A stretch of 62,715 nucleotides of DNA, filler included, from Sandaracinaceae bacterium (GCA_947483975.1; 15 parts of 15 records of this genome joined end to end with filler, not necessarily neighbours in it); one strand, 5' to 3'. Shown: positions 50,791 to 62,715, counted from the whole stretch's first letter. Numbers and translations are program-made. The notes: generated from the sequence alone by a model not told the origin.

Positions 50791-51906
50791 ATGATGACGA
50801 TGCGTCGGTCTTTGGTGGGTTCGCTGGCTCTCGCGGCGATGGTTCTGTCGGGCTGCGTCGTGACAGTCGACGTGTGGTCGCCCATCGGCACGGACGCCTC
50901 GGCGACCGGCTCTTGGACGCTCAACGGCGCGGTGCCGACGATCAGCGCCTGCGACGCGGCGGGCGTCAACTCGGTCGAGATTCAGTTCAGTAACCGCCTC
51001 GACTCGCCGGTCATTCCCGCCGAGTTCGTCTTCGACTGCGCGGACGGCGGCTTCAACCTCTCGAACGTCCTCGCCGCGGGCACCTACGACGCGACCTACA
51101 TCGTCCGCACGAACACCGGCACCGTCACGGGCGCGACCTCCTCGTTCACGGTCGGCATCGGCGACATCGCGACCTTCGCGCCGTTCGACATCGTCGCGGG
51201 CACGCCCGTCTTCAACCCGAAGGGCAGCGACTTCACGATGGACGGGATGTGGACGATCAACGGCGGCGCGGCGACCGCGTCGGCGTGCAGCGCGGCCGGC
51301 ATCGCGAACGTTCAGCTCGTGATCCAGCAGGCGGGCGAGACCTACACCGAGCCCGGCTTCATCTTCTCGTGCGCGGGCGGCGGCTTCGACACGCGGACGC
51401 TGAGCCCACAGATCGCCTTCACCTGGGGCAGCTACATGACGTTCTGGCGCGCGCTCGACTCGACCGGCGCGAACATCGGCATGAGCAGCCCGCTCGGGCT
51501 GGTCGTCAACTCGCCCATCACGCACTCGACGCTCGCGACGGCTGACTTCGTCGTGGCCCCGCCGACGGCGTCGCTGACGCTCAACCTCAGCTACGACACC
51601 GTCGTCGGCGGCACCATGTCGGACACCGACTGCGCGGGCGCGGGCGTCGCGACGATCTTCTACACGCTCCGGGACATCACCGGCGGCGCGTCGACGATCG
51701 TCTCCGAGAGCGGCGCCGCGGGCGTGGCGTGCGGGTCGCAGATCATCTTCGACAGCGCGATCATCACGGGCGGCCACACGTACTCGGTCTACCTCGAGGG
51801 CGCGGACGCGGGCGGGGTCAAGCACTGGAGCGGCATGGACTCGACGCTCGACGTCGGCGTCGGCGAGCAGGCGATCTACAACCTCGCGCTGACCAAGAAC
51901 TCCTGA
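50791..51906 (+). CDS. Lipoprotein with three Cys-containing Ig-like repeats
   Basis: LSGC lipobox; WTLNG...ACDAAGV, WTING...ACSAAGI, DCAGAGV units, each followed by a second Cys. Confidence 0.78.
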   Translation: MMTMRRSLVGSLALAAMVLSGCVVTVDVWSPIGTDASATGSWTLNGAVPTISACDAAGVNSVEIQFSNRLDSPVIPAEFVFDCADGGFNLSNVLAAGTYDATYIVRTNTGTVTGATSSFTVGIGDIATFAPFDIVAGTPVFNPKGSDFTMDGMWTINGGAATASACSAAGIANVQLVIQQAGETYTEPGFIFSCAGGGFDTRTLSPQIAFTWGSYMTFWRALDSTGANIGMSSPLGLVVNSPITHSTLATADFVVAPPTASLTLNLSYDTVVGGTMSDTDCAGAGVATIFYTLRDITGGASTIVSESGAAGVACGSQIIFDSAIITGGHTYSVYLEGADAGGVKHWSGMDSTLDVGVGEQAIYNLALTKNS

Positions 51907-51951
51907 ACGGAGCCAGCTGAGCCCGCCCTCGCAGGCGGCCTCGCTCGAACG

Positions 51952-51990
51952 ACGCCCCGTAGGCCGTGTGCCTGCGGGGCGTTCTTCGTT
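51952..51990 (+). terminator. Intrinsic terminator-like hairpin
   Basis: ACGCCCCGTAGGC-CGTGT-GCCTGCGGGGCGT followed by TCTTCGTT. Confidence 0.65.
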
Positions 51991-52005
51991 CTGCGGCCGC
52001 ACACC

Positions 52006-52060
52006 GGCGCGCGAGCTTGCGGGGCGCGCGAGCTTGCGGGGCGCGCGCTTGCGGGGCGCA
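52006..52060. repeat. About three copies of a 15-17-bp tandem repeat
   Basis: ggcgcgcgagcttgcgg units. Confidence 0.65.
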
Positions 52061-52084
52061 GTCTGGAGGCGCACAAGTTTGCGC

Positions 52085-52795
52085 GTGTCCTGGCCTCCGC
52101 TGACGCGGTTCACGAAGCTCGTCATGGGCGTGCTCTTCGGCGCGTTCGTCGCGCTCGCCGTCGCGCAGGGCGTCACCGGCGTGCCCTTCGCCGCGGTGCT
52201 CGCGCTCGACACGCGCGTGGTCGGGCTGCACACGGCGTGGCAGTTCTTCGCGTGGCCGCTCGTCATCCCGTTCGGCGACGGGGCGATCCTCGACGCGGCC
52301 CTCGCGCTCTTCTTCGCGTACCTGATCATCTCGCCCTTCGACGCCCGCTACGGCGCGCGCAACGCGCTCGCGCTCCTCGGCTGGTGCACCGTCGGCGCGG
52401 GCGTCGGCGCGCTCGTCGGCGGGCTGCTGCTCGGGATGCTGATCGGGCGCGGGACGGACCCGCTCTACGGGAGCTCGCCCGTGCTCTGGGGCGTGCTGAT
52501 CGGCGGGCTCTTCGCGTCCCCCGGGGACCGCGTGATGGTCTTCGGGCGCTTCGAGGCGAAGCGCTGGCAGCTGCTCCTCGCCGTCCTCGTGTTCTCGATC
52601 TTCCCCGTGCTGCAGACGCGCGGGGCCGTGATGGCCAGCTTCTACGGCACCTGGGGCGCGGTCGGCGCGGCGGTGCTCTGGGCGCGCATCTTCTCGGCCC
52701 CCAAACGCACGATGCGCAAGCCGCCAGCGAAGCGACCTGCGCATCTGCGAGTGATCGAGGGCGGCAGAGAAGAGCCGCCCAAGGTGCTGCACTAG
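52085..52795 (+). CDS. Rhomboid-like/DUF1751-type membrane protein
   Basis: PPLTRFTK, WQFFAWPL, FDARYG..., LYGSS; basic tail HLRVIEGG...LH; catalytic His not evident. Confidence 0.65.
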   Translation: MSWPPLTRFTKLVMGVLFGAFVALAVAQGVTGVPFAAVLALDTRVVGLHTAWQFFAWPLVIPFGDGAILDAALALFFAYLIISPFDARYGARNALALLGWCTVGAGVGALVGGLLLGMLIGRGTDPLYGSSPVLWGVLIGGLFASPGDRVMVFGRFEAKRWQLLLAVLVFSIFPVLQTRGAVMASFYGTWGAVGAAVLWARIFSAPKRTMRKPPAKRPAHLRVIEGGREEPPKVLH

Positions 52796-52802
52796 CCCCG
52801 CT

Positions 52803-54568
52803 TCAGAACACCATCGCGATGCGGGTCTGGAGCGTGTAGAGCAGGTCGTTGTGGAGCTCCTGCGCGAGCGCGCCGCCGGCGCCCATCACGCCGAACTCGG
52901 TGCTCCAGCGGAGGATGTCGTTCTCGCCCCAGGTGACCTTGAGGGCGACGTCCGCCTCCCAGCCGAGGAAGCAGGCGGGCTCGAACGCCGAGCACTGACC
53001 GGGGTCGGCGGCGCCCGGGTGCGCGGTCAGGCGCGCGTCGGCGGCGTTGGGGTAGACGTCGTTGAGGGTGTCCGCCCAGGCGAGCAGGAACGCGCCGAGG
53101 ACCTCGACGCCGTTCATGATCTGATAGCGGCCCTGCGGGAACAGGTACATCGAGTTCCACACGCCGCCGCGGGACCAGAGCGGGCGCGCGGACTCGGTGT
53201 AGGCGTCGGCCGTCAGCGCGGAGAGCGCGACGGGGTACATCAGCAGGCCGACGTGATAGTCGGTGTGCAGCGGGCGCTGCGTGAAGTCGCCGCCGACGTC
53301 GCTGAGCACCTTGGAGTCGCCCGACGCGTAGCCCCACTCGAGCATCGCCAGCCACTTCTTGTCCATCGCGACGCCCGCCTGCGCGACGGCGCCCCAGATG
53401 TTCGCGTTCACGGCCTGCTCGGTGCGGCCTGTGCAGGGACTCGTCCCTCCACAGTTGGTACCGTCCTCGGCGATGAAGCTGCCGCCGATCGTGCCGAGGC
53501 CGTTCGAGCTGCCCTGGATCGTCTCGACCTCGCCGTTGAGGACGAGCTGGAGCGAGCGGTTGCCGAAGGGCGAGAGGCGCGTCTTCCAGAAGAGGTCGCC
53601 GATGTAGACGCTCGAGCGCGTCACGTTCTGCGAGCGGTAGACGCCGATGAAGCCGAGCGAGAGCTCGTCCGTCGCGCGGAGCGGGTTGACCTTGGGGTCG
53701 TTCCACGCGAGCACGAGCACGGACTCTTCGACGTCGTCGACGCCGTTGATCGCGTTCTGGAAGGGCAGCGGGCTGCGCGCGAGCGTGCCGGGGACGGCGG
53801 TGCCCGTCGTGCCGTCGTAGTCGTCGCGGTAGGTGCCGTAGGTGTCGAGCCCGACGGGGTCTTCGACGAGCCAGTCGTGCGCGATCGCGAGGATCAGCGG
53901 CGTCGGGCGCGCATCGCCGTGCGCGATCACGTTGTAGATGGTGAGCGGGCGCGTCGCGAAGAGGAGGCGGTCGTAGGTCGTGCCGTACTGCGGATCGCCC
54001 CAGTCCGTCTTGAAGCCGTTGCCGTCGTTGAAGAGGATGCCCATGCCGCCCTGCGAGCCCTGGCGTCCGATGCGGAGCTGCCCGATCGGCAGGAGGAACT
54101 CGAGCCAGGCGCGGCGCAGGCGGAACGGCTGCACGTCGACGCCGTCGATGTCCGTCATGCTCGGCCCCTCGGTGAAGAGGGGCGTCTTCATCAGGCGCGC
54201 GTTGTCGCCGAAGACGACGTTGTCGAGCGAGTCGATCTGGAAGCGCAGGGCGGCGATCGGGTTGAGCGGGTCGGTGCCGTAGGTGATCGCCGGGTCGAGG
54301 CGCAGGCGCATGAAGCCATAGCCCGCGAAGGCCCCGTCAGCGCCGCCGGCCGGTGTCGGGTCGGGGTTCACGACGGGGACGTTCTGCGTCCACACGAGGC
54401 GCGCGCGGTAGTAGCCGTGCAGCTCGAAGCGGATCGGGATGGACGCGTCCGCGGCGGGCACGCCCGGCCCGGGCGAGGCAGCGGGCGCGCTCGACGCGGC
54501 GGGCGTCGGCGTCGGGGCCGCCGTCACCACGGGGAGCGGCTCTGGTTCGGGGACTGGGTCGGGCGCGA
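52803..54568 (-). CDS. Myxobacterial outer-membrane beta-barrel (TIGR04551-like); 5' truncated
   Basis: FELHGYYRAR, MRLRLDP, LDNVVFG, LRRAW..GQLRIGRQ..GMGILFNDG, YDRLLF; terminal Phe. Confidence 0.72.
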
Positions 54569-54668
54569 NNNNNNNNNNNNNNNNNNNNNNNNNNNNNNNN
54601 NNNNNNNNNNNNTTAATTAATTAANNNNNNNNNNNNNNNNNNNNNNNNNNNNNNNNNNNNNNNNNNNN

Positions 54669-54762
54669 CGTGCGCGAGCATCGCGAGGACGAGCGCGCAG
54701 AGCGTCCCGCCGCCGCCGAGCGCGCCCGCGGCGAGCAGCCGACGCTGGAGCGTGTGCGTCAT
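54669..54762 (-). CDS. Membrane/secreted protein, N-terminus only
   Basis: ATGA overlap with the mlaE stop; MTHTLQRRLLAAGALGGG... Confidence 0.45.
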
Positions 54763-55541
54763 AGGCTGAGGAACAGCTGCGTGAGGATCGCGTCGGCGAT
54801 CAGGATCGCGATCGACACGACCACGACCGCCGTCGTCGTGCTGCGGCCGACGCCCTCGGTGCCGCCGGTGGTGTTGATGCCGTAGTGGCAGCCGAGGATC
54901 GCCATCAAGAAGCCGAAGAACGGCGTCTTGCCGACGCCCGCCGTGAAGTCCTTCAGCACGATCGCGTCGAGCGCGGTCGACAGAAAGAACGGCCCCGGAA
55001 TGCCGAACGAGACCCGCGAGACGATCAGCGCGGCGCCGACGCCGAGCACGAGCGCGAAGCAGCTGATCAGCGGCATGACGACGATGCCGGCGAGCACCCG
55101 CGGGATGACGAGCTTGCGGATCGGGTCCGCGCCGAGCGCGCGAATGGCGTCGATCTGCTCGGTCACGGCCATCGAGCCGAGCTCCGCGGCCATGCCCGCG
55201 GCGACCCGGCTCGCGACGACGAGCGCGGTCAGCGAAGGCGCGAGCTCGCGCACCTCCGAGAGCCCGACGATGCGGCCGATCGTGTCGATCGCGCCGAATT
55301 TCTCGAGCGCGAAGGCGAATTGGATCGCCATCACGATGCCGACGAAGACCGCCGTCGCCGCGCCGATGCCGAGCGAGCGCACGCCGATCTGCTCGACCTG
55401 ATAGAGGAAGCTGCCGAATTCGAAGTGCGTCGTGAAGAGCGCGCGAAACATCCGCCCGGTCAGGACGCTGACCGCGCCGAACGTCTGAAAGAAGCGCGCG
55501 ATCGCCGAGCCCGTCCCGCCGCGCTTGGCGACCGCGCTCAT
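54759..55541 (-). CDS. mlaE: MlaE-family ABC permease
   Basis: RELAPSLTAL, AAELGSMAVTEQIDAIRALGADP, GGTEGVGRSTT. Confidence 0.93.
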   Translation of the reverse strand: MSAVAKRGGTGSAIARFFQTFGAVSVLTGRMFRALFTTHFEFGSFLYQVEQIGVRSLGIGAATAVFVGIVMAIQFAFALEKFGAIDTIGRIVGLSEVRELAPSLTALVVASRVAAGMAAELGSMAVTEQIDAIRALGADPIRKLVIPRVLAGIVVMPLISCFALVLGVGAALIVSRVSFGIPGPFFLSTALDAIVLKDFTAGVGKTPFFGFLMAILGCHYGINTTGGTEGVGRSTTTAVVVVSIAILIADAILTQLFLSL

Positions 55542-56113
55542 CGACCCGAGCCCTGCGCCGCGCTGCGGGCGTCGGCGCGGAAGCTCGTCACGAGCCGCTC
55601 GAAGTCGGGGCGCGCCTGCTCGAATTGCGCGCCCGGCGGCGCGACGAGCGCGAAGTCGTAGATGCAGTCGTCCTTCTTCATGACGACGAGCAGCAGCTCG
55701 CGCGGGACGCCGTCCAGCTTCGCGACGACGTGCGTGCGCAGCGCCTCGCGCCCGTCCATCGGCACCGTCTGCAGGTCGGCCTCATCGACCGGCGGGAACG
55801 TGTAGGCCGTGAAGCCGTTCAAGAGGTGCCGCGTCAGCGCCTGCAGCGGCACGTCCTGATCGGGCTGGTCGCAGGTCGAGTTCACCTGCGCGATCGCCGC
55901 GAGCGGCCCGTTCGACCACGCGAGGTCGTTCTGCTCACCGACGCTCAGGCGCTCCCAGGGCGCGCCGAGGGCGTCCACCCGGAAGCTGACGGGGCCGTCG
56001 CGGAACACGCCGCTCTCGTAGCTCGCCCCACCGCAGCCGAGCGAACCGCCCACGAGCGTGAGGCAGAGTACAGAGAAGGTCCGCCGAGCGGCCACTCGAA
56101 GTCGTTTTCGCAA
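55538..56113 (-). CDS. Lipoprotein, possibly PsbP/DcrB-like fold
   Basis: SLGC lipobox; MDGREALRT...KKDDCIYDF...FERLVTSF; coupled to mlaE. Confidence 0.7.
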   Translation of the reverse strand: MRKRLRVAARRTFSVLCLTLVGGSLGCGGASYESGVFRDGPVSFRVDALGAPWERLSVGEQNDLAWSNGPLAAIAQVNSTCDQPDQDVPLQALTRHLLNGFTAYTFPPVDEADLQTVPMDGREALRTHVVAKLDGVPRELLLVVMKKDDCIYDFALVAPPGAQFEQARPDFERLVTSFRADARSAAQGSGR

Positions 56114-56250
56114 AGCGGGCGAAGGGTAAGCAGCGCCGTGCCGCGAGGCAACTCGTCGCGGGCGTCGGCGCCGTCGGGGCGACGGAAGGTCCGCGCGGCG
56201 TGTGAAGTCTCCGTGCGGTTGGAAGGGCCCTGCTATGCTCGCGCATCGCC

Positions 56251-58353
56251 GTGGCTCGCCAACCCCCGCAAGGTCTGCGCGTCCTTGATCGCCTGCTGCA
56301 GGAGAACCGCATCTCCCCTGAGCAGCGCGAGAGCGTGATCCTGTCTGCGCATCGCAGCGGGGACCGCGCCGACGAGGCGCTCCTCGACACGGGCATCATG
56401 AGCGAGGCGGACTTCCTCAAGTGGGTCGCGACGACCTACAAGACGCGCTTCGTCTCGACGGAGAAGCTCGCGCACGCCGATATCGACAAGGCCCTGCTCG
56501 ATCGGCTGCCGCGGCGCGTCGCCGAGAAGCTGCTCGTCTTTCCGATCCTCTACGACGTCCTCTCGCAGTCCCTGAGCGTCGTCGCCGCCGACCTCGAGGA
56601 GGACGTCGCCAAGCAAGTGCAGGTCGTGACGGGCGTCCGCGACGTGAAGGTCTACGCGGGGCGCCCGGGCGCGATCCGCGCGGCGATCCTCAAGTTCTAC
56701 GGCGGCGTCGCGCGCGCGTTCGCGCGCTTCGAGTCGGCCGGCATCGAGTTCAAGCCAGAGCCGTCCACGCTCGACCCCTTCGATCGCAACGGCGGCCCCG
56801 ACGTCGGTCGTCCCGAGCTCGGGAGCTTCCGCTCGGACGCCCCGATCGGCGGTCCGGGCTATGCGCTCCCGCCGCACGCGTCTCCGGGCATGGGGCGGCG
56901 TCCGACGCCTCCGCCGATCGGCGTGCGGGGAGCGGGGATCGTGCTGCGGCTCGATCCCGAGGTCGACAGGCGCGACGCGAAGAAGATCACGCAGGTCACC
57001 GTCGCCGACACCGGCGCAGGCTCCGGGCGCGGCCCGTCGCTCGGGGGCGGCGTCGCTTCCGTCGACTGGCTCGAGACGATCAACGTGCTCGTCGCGCTCC
57101 TCGAGAACTCGCGCGCGGAGCTGCGCGGGCACTCCTCGCAGGTCGCGCGGATGATGCGCCGAGTGTGCGAGCGCATCGGCCTCCCCGAGCGAGAATCGAC
57201 TGGAATTCTGGGCGCCGCCTACCTGCACGACGTCGGCAAAGCGTCGAGCTATCACCTCACCGCGCTGAACGTCGCGGAGTACGAGGGGCACCGCCTCCAG
57301 GCGCTGAAGATGTACACGGCGCCCGTCCGCTTGCTCGAGTCCGTGAAGCTCCCGGAGAGCTGCACCGCGACCGTCACGCACCTCTACGAGCGCTTCGATG
57401 GCACGGGCTTTCCGGACCGCCTCGCGGGCAAGGACATCCCGATCGGCGCGCGGCTGCTCGCCATCGTCGAGACCTACGCGGATCTCGTGCAGAACGCGCG
57501 CAACCCCTTCCGTAAGACGCTCGGCGCCAAAGAAGCGTGCGACGTGCTCGGGGCGAAGAAGGGCACGGTCTTCGATCCCAACCTCGTCGATCTCTTCGCC
57601 GCCGTCGTGCTCGGCGACGACCTCCGGCGGCGCCTCGAGGGGCGCGCGCGCGCGCTGATCATCGACTCGGATCCCGAGGACACCACGGTGCTCGAGCTGC
57701 GCCTCGTCGAGCACGGCTACGACACGATCATCGCGCGCAATGCGGCCGACGCGCGCAAGACCGTCGAGTCGCAGGACATCGACATCATCTTCTCCGAGGT
57801 CGATCTGACGCCGCACGACGGCTTCACGCTGCTCGAGCAGCTGCGGAGCTTTCAGAAGACCGCGGGCGTGCCCTTCGTGTTCCTCACGCGCCGCTCGGAC
57901 CGCGAGAGCATTCAGCGCGGCTTCGCGCTCGGCGCCGCGGACTACCTCGTCAAGCCGACGAGCGCCGACGTCATCGTGGCCAAGGCGCGGCAGATCATCG
58001 AGGGCGCGGCGGCGCGGGGCGCCCCGACGCCGAGCACCAGCCGGGGCGTCAGCGGCAGCCTGACGGAGATGGCCCTGCCGGACGTCGTGCAGATCCTCGC
58101 CCACGGCCGCAAGTCGGGGCAGCTCCGCATCAGCGCGAAGGGGCAGTCCGGTGAGGTGCTGTTCTTCGAGGGGCAGATCCACCACGCGACGTTCGGGACC
58201 GCGCAGGGCGACGACGCCTTCTACAAGATGCTCAATTTGACCGGCGGTGAGTTCGCGCTCGACCCCGACGTGAAGCCGACGACCCGTACCATCAACGCCT
58301 CGATAGAGACGCTGCTGCTCGAGGGGCTGCGCCGGCTAGACGAGGGGCGCTAG
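56251..58353 (+). CDS. T2SSE_N/MshEN-like + HD-GYP + receiver + DUF4388 signalling protein
   Basis: N-terminal GSPII_E-like domain; LRGHS, LHDVG, ERFDGTGFP; REC (DGFTLL...FLT..DYLVKP); GSLTEMALPDVVQIL..GRKSGQL. Confidence 0.85.
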   Translation: MARQPPQGLRVLDRLLQENRISPEQRESVILSAHRSGDRADEALLDTGIMSEADFLKWVATTYKTRFVSTEKLAHADIDKALLDRLPRRVAEKLLVFPILYDVLSQSLSVVAADLEEDVAKQVQVVTGVRDVKVYAGRPGAIRAAILKFYGGVARAFARFESAGIEFKPEPSTLDPFDRNGGPDVGRPELGSFRSDAPIGGPGYALPPHASPGMGRRPTPPPIGVRGAGIVLRLDPEVDRRDAKKITQVTVADTGAGSGRGPSLGGGVASVDWLETINVLVALLENSRAELRGHSSQVARMMRRVCERIGLPERESTGILGAAYLHDVGKASSYHLTALNVAEYEGHRLQALKMYTAPVRLLESVKLPESCTATVTHLYERFDGTGFPDRLAGKDIPIGARLLAIVETYADLVQNARNPFRKTLGAKEACDVLGAKKGTVFDPNLVDLFAAVVLGDDLRRRLEGRARALIIDSDPEDTTVLELRLVEHGYDTIIARNAADARKTVESQDIDIIFSEVDLTPHDGFTLLEQLRSFQKTAGVPFVFLTRRSDRESIQRGFALGAADYLVKPTSADVIVAKARQIIEGAAARGAPTPSTSRGVSGSLTEMALPDVVQILAHGRKSGQLRISAKGQSGEVLFFEGQIHHATFGTAQGDDAFYKMLNLTGGEFALDPDVKPTTRTINASIETLLLEGLRRLDEGR

Positions 58354-58387
58354 GCGCGCAGCGAAGTGCGCCGCCTTCAGCCGCGCG

Positions 58388-58645
58388 CTACCTCGCGCGG
58401 ACGTAGAGGGCGTAGGCGACGGCGCCGCTCGCGACGACCAGCAGCGCCAATACGACACGCCGAGCGCTCGACCTCGGCTCCGTGCGCGCCCGGTTCGCCC
58501 TGAGCGCCGGACCGACGAAGACGCCGAGCAAGATCGTCGCGAGCGCGCTGCCGACCACCGACGCGAGGAGCGCGCCTTGCTCCGCGGCGTCGCTCCACGC
58601 GCGCGTCGCCTCCGTGCGCCCGCCGAGCGCAGGCGCGACGGCGAC
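58388..58645 (-). CDS. Membrane protein, 3' end only
   Basis: ...RRVVLALLVVASGAVAYALYVRAR* in frame to TAG 58388-58390. Confidence 0.55.
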   Translation of the reverse strand, partial: VAVAPALGGRTEATRAWSDAAEQGALLASVVGSALATILLGVFVGPALRANRARTEPRSSARRVVLALLVVASGAVAYALYVRAR

Positions 58646-58745
58646 NNNNNNNNNNNNNNNNNNNNNNNNNNNNNNNNNNNNNNNNNNNNTTAATTAATTA
58701 ANNNNNNNNNNNNNNNNNNNNNNNNNNNNNNNNNNNNNNNNNNNN

Positions 58746-59562
58746 CGAGGGCGTCGGGCCGCTGCACGTCACTGCGCGCGTTCACGTGCGCGGGGCGCCT
58801 CGCTCCGGAGGGCCGCTCGCGCGGTGGCTCGCGCTCGTTGGGGCGCTCGGGGTCGCGTCCTCGCTCGCGCTGCGCGCTGTCTCGCCCGGGGGCGTGGCCA
58901 GGACGCTCGCGCGCTGGAAGCCGCTCGTCGCGCTCGTCGTGGGCGTCGCTGCGGCCGTCGGCGCCGCGCAGGCGGTCCGCTACGTCGGGGACGACAGCGC
59001 GCTTCACGGCCTCGCGCGCGGGCTACTGCTCGGCGGCGTGGAGACGGCGCTCGCGCTCGGTCTCGCGATGGCGCTCACCCGGCGCACCGAGCTTCGCGGC
59101 GCTGACGTGCTCGGCATGGTCTCGCCCCGCGGTGGCTCCTTGGCGCTGCTGCTCAGTCCTGCGGCGGGCGCGTTCTGCGCGGTCGGTGCGGTGGTCGCGC
59201 TGCGGCTGCTCCCGTCGCCGCCGGGCGCCGCGCCGATCGAAGCCTTCGTCGCGCGCCCGAGCGGGATGCTCGCGTTCGCGCTCCTCGCGGCGGTGGTCCC
59301 GCTCGCCGAGGAGATGTTCTTCCGCGGCCTCGTCTACGGCACCGCGCAGCGCGCGCTGGGGATGCCCGCGGCTTTCGCGCTCTCGGTCGGGCTCTTCCTC
59401 GCGGCGCACGCGCCGCAGGATTGGGGCAGCTGGGGCGGCCTCGTCGCGGTCGCGCTCGTCGGGCTGACGACCACGACGCTGCGCGCGGTGACGGGCTCGC
59501 TCGCGGCGCCGATGCTCGCGCACCTCGTCTACAACGCGCTGCTCACCGCCTCGGTGACGTAG
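58746..59562 (+). CDS. CPBP (CAAX/Abi) intramembrane metalloprotease; 5' truncated
   Basis: PLAEEMFFRG, FLAAH, HLVYN motifs. Confidence 0.88.
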
Positions 59563-59598
59563 GCGGTGAGCTTGGCGAGACCGGCGCTGCGGTGAGGC

Positions 59599-61305
<1,707 letters not shown>

Positions 61306-61349
61306 CTGGGCGGGGGTCCATTCTGCGTGCGGAGGGAACATTACAGTCC

Positions 61350-62558
61350 GTGGCAGCGGCCAACCTTGTCAAGCATCTGATACCCTCGGTCGTCGTGCTC
61401 GGGCTCCGCAGACTCTTCGGCGCTTCGCAACGCCGCGCGCGGGCTGCGGAGGCCGCCGGTCAATATCGCGAGGCCGCGCGGCTCTATGCGGAGGCGGGCG
61501 CGCTGCCCGAGGCGGCGAACGCGCTGCTCTTCTTCGCGGGCAAGGCCCCGACGCTGCGCGAGCGCGCGGACGCGTACGAAGACGCGCTGCGCTTTCTCGA
61601 GGAGGGCAGCGCGCGAAGGGCGGAGGTCGAGGTTCAGCTCGGGCTCGCGCGGGTGGAAGACGCTCGAGATCGCGGGACGGGCAGCGCGGAGGAGCGTCGG
61701 GTCCTCGCCGAGGCGGCCGCGCGCCTCGAGGCGAACGGACGCGAGGCGGACGCGGCGACGGCGTACGAGTTGCTCGGGCGCACGGAGGACCTCGCGCGCT
61801 GTCTCGAGAAGGCCGGCGACATCGAGCGGCTCGAGACGCTGCTCGACGCCGGGCAGCGCAAGGATTCGCGCGAGCGGGTGCTGCGGAGCGCGCTCTCGGC
61901 GTACGAGCTGGCGATGGAGGTCGGGCAGCGCCTCGAGGCGCGCACGGCGCTGCGCACGGCGCTCGCGGAGGCGCCGGACGAGGCGCAGCTCGCGGAGTTG
62001 CTGAGGAAGCTCGAGGCGCGCTTGCCTGCGCCGGGGCGCGTCGAGCTGCTCGTCGGGGGGCGCAGGATCGTGCTCGTCGGCGCGCTGCCGGCGGCGCTCG
62101 GTCGGGACGCGGAGCTGACGGTGCGCGGCGCGTCGGTGTCGCGCAGGCACACCGAAATTGCCCGGGATGGCAGCGGTGCGCTCGTCGTGCGGGACCTCGG
62201 CAGCCGCAACGGGACGCTCGTGTCCGGCGTGCCGCTCGGCGCGGCGCTCGCGCTCGGCGCGGAGGTGACCCTCGGGCTCGGGGAGGACGTCAGCGTGCGG
62301 CTCGTGCCGGAGGACGCGCACGTGCTCGTCGAGGTCGAGCGCGGGCCCGATCGCGGGGCGCGCTTCGTCGTCGGGGAGGGCGCGCTGCGTGTGCCTGGAG
62401 CGCGGGCGTCGCTGTCGTTTCCGGATGGGCGCGCCTGGCTCGCGCCGGACGAGGGTGGGTCGATCTTGCTCGGCGCGCGCGAGTGTACGCGGCCGATCGC
62501 GCTCCTGCGTGGGGATGTGCTCGAGGTCGCGGGCGTCACCGTCGAGGTGCCCGCGTGA
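61350..62558 (+). CDS. TPR-like + FHA domain protein
   Basis: LGRD...VSRRH...DLGSRNGT FHA motifs; true start may be GTG 61395. Confidence 0.82.
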   Translation: MAAANLVKHLIPSVVVLGLRRLFGASQRRARAAEAAGQYREAARLYAEAGALPEAANALLFFAGKAPTLRERADAYEDALRFLEEGSARRAEVEVQLGLARVEDARDRGTGSAEERRVLAEAAARLEANGREADAATAYELLGRTEDLARCLEKAGDIERLETLLDAGQRKDSRERVLRSALSAYELAMEVGQRLEARTALRTALAEAPDEAQLAELLRKLEARLPAPGRVELLVGGRRIVLVGALPAALGRDAELTVRGASVSRRHTEIARDGSGALVVRDLGSRNGTLVSGVPLGAALALGAEVTLGLGEDVSVRLVPEDAHVLVEVERGPDRGARFVVGEGALRVPGARASLSFPDGRAWLAPDEGGSILLGARECTRPIALLRGDVLEVAGVTVEVPA

Positions 62559-62715
62559 GCGTGTGGGCGCGGGTGAAGGGCTGGCTCGCTGGCGAGGACG
62601 CGGAGCAGGGGGCAGAGGCTGCCGAAGTGATGCCGGTCGAGGCGCCGCAACCCCAGGCGCCGCAGCTCGAGGCCAACGTGATGGCCCGCGAGGAGGAGGT
62701 CGCCGCGCGGCCGGA
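62555..62715 (+). CDS. N-terminus of a coupled downstream gene
   Basis: GTGA overlap; VSVWARVKGWLAGEDAEQG... open to the window end. Confidence 0.5.
   Translation, partial: MSVWARVKGWLAGEDAEQGAEAAEVMPVEAPQPQAPQLEANVMAREEEVAARP

Noticed and set aside
58746..59562. Abi (CPBP) protein as abortive-infection defence
   Set aside because: The family name is historical; it is an ordinary intramembrane protease with no defence context.

Overview
This window is not contiguous DNA. It is 15 short contigs (about 4.0-4.2 kb, sorted by decreasing length) joined by artificial 100-nt spacers (N44-TTAATTAATTAA-N44), so gene context is only meaningful within a contig. The very high GC and gene content (MYXO-CTERM-like tails, myxococcal Cys-rich repeat, TIGR02266/PilZ, GltG/AgmX-like protein, many sigma54 activators) point to a fragmented Myxococcota (Polyangia-like) MAG. 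Housekeeping content: a tRNA-Thr/Tyr/Gly/Thr-tuf operon, polA, pilB, mlaE, an ABC-F ATPase, a DEAD-box helicase, CobB, an S9 peptidase and a TRAP transporter. Best leads, all inferred from motif reading with no database search: (1) an island edge marked by a 3' half tRNA-Leu(CAG) att remnant, carrying an AbiEi antitoxin plus an AbiEii nucleotidyltransferase fused to a C-terminal WYL-like domain; (2) a sigma54 activator whose only candidate sensor is a 13-residue Cx4Cx2C tail, divergent from ric/ytfE, with a sigma54 promoter and a perfect inverted repeat between them; (3) a ~150-nt structured leader before a gene starting with an 'RARMARTGESY' motif; (4) a lipid-anchored teneurin-like NHL/YD protein; (5) a triple 22-bp-phased operator array on an AAA_14-DUF4143 gene; (6) EF-Tu with a non-canonical switch I; (7) a secreted protein with tandem disintegrin-like repeats. 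No CRISPR array, rRNA or transposase was seen.
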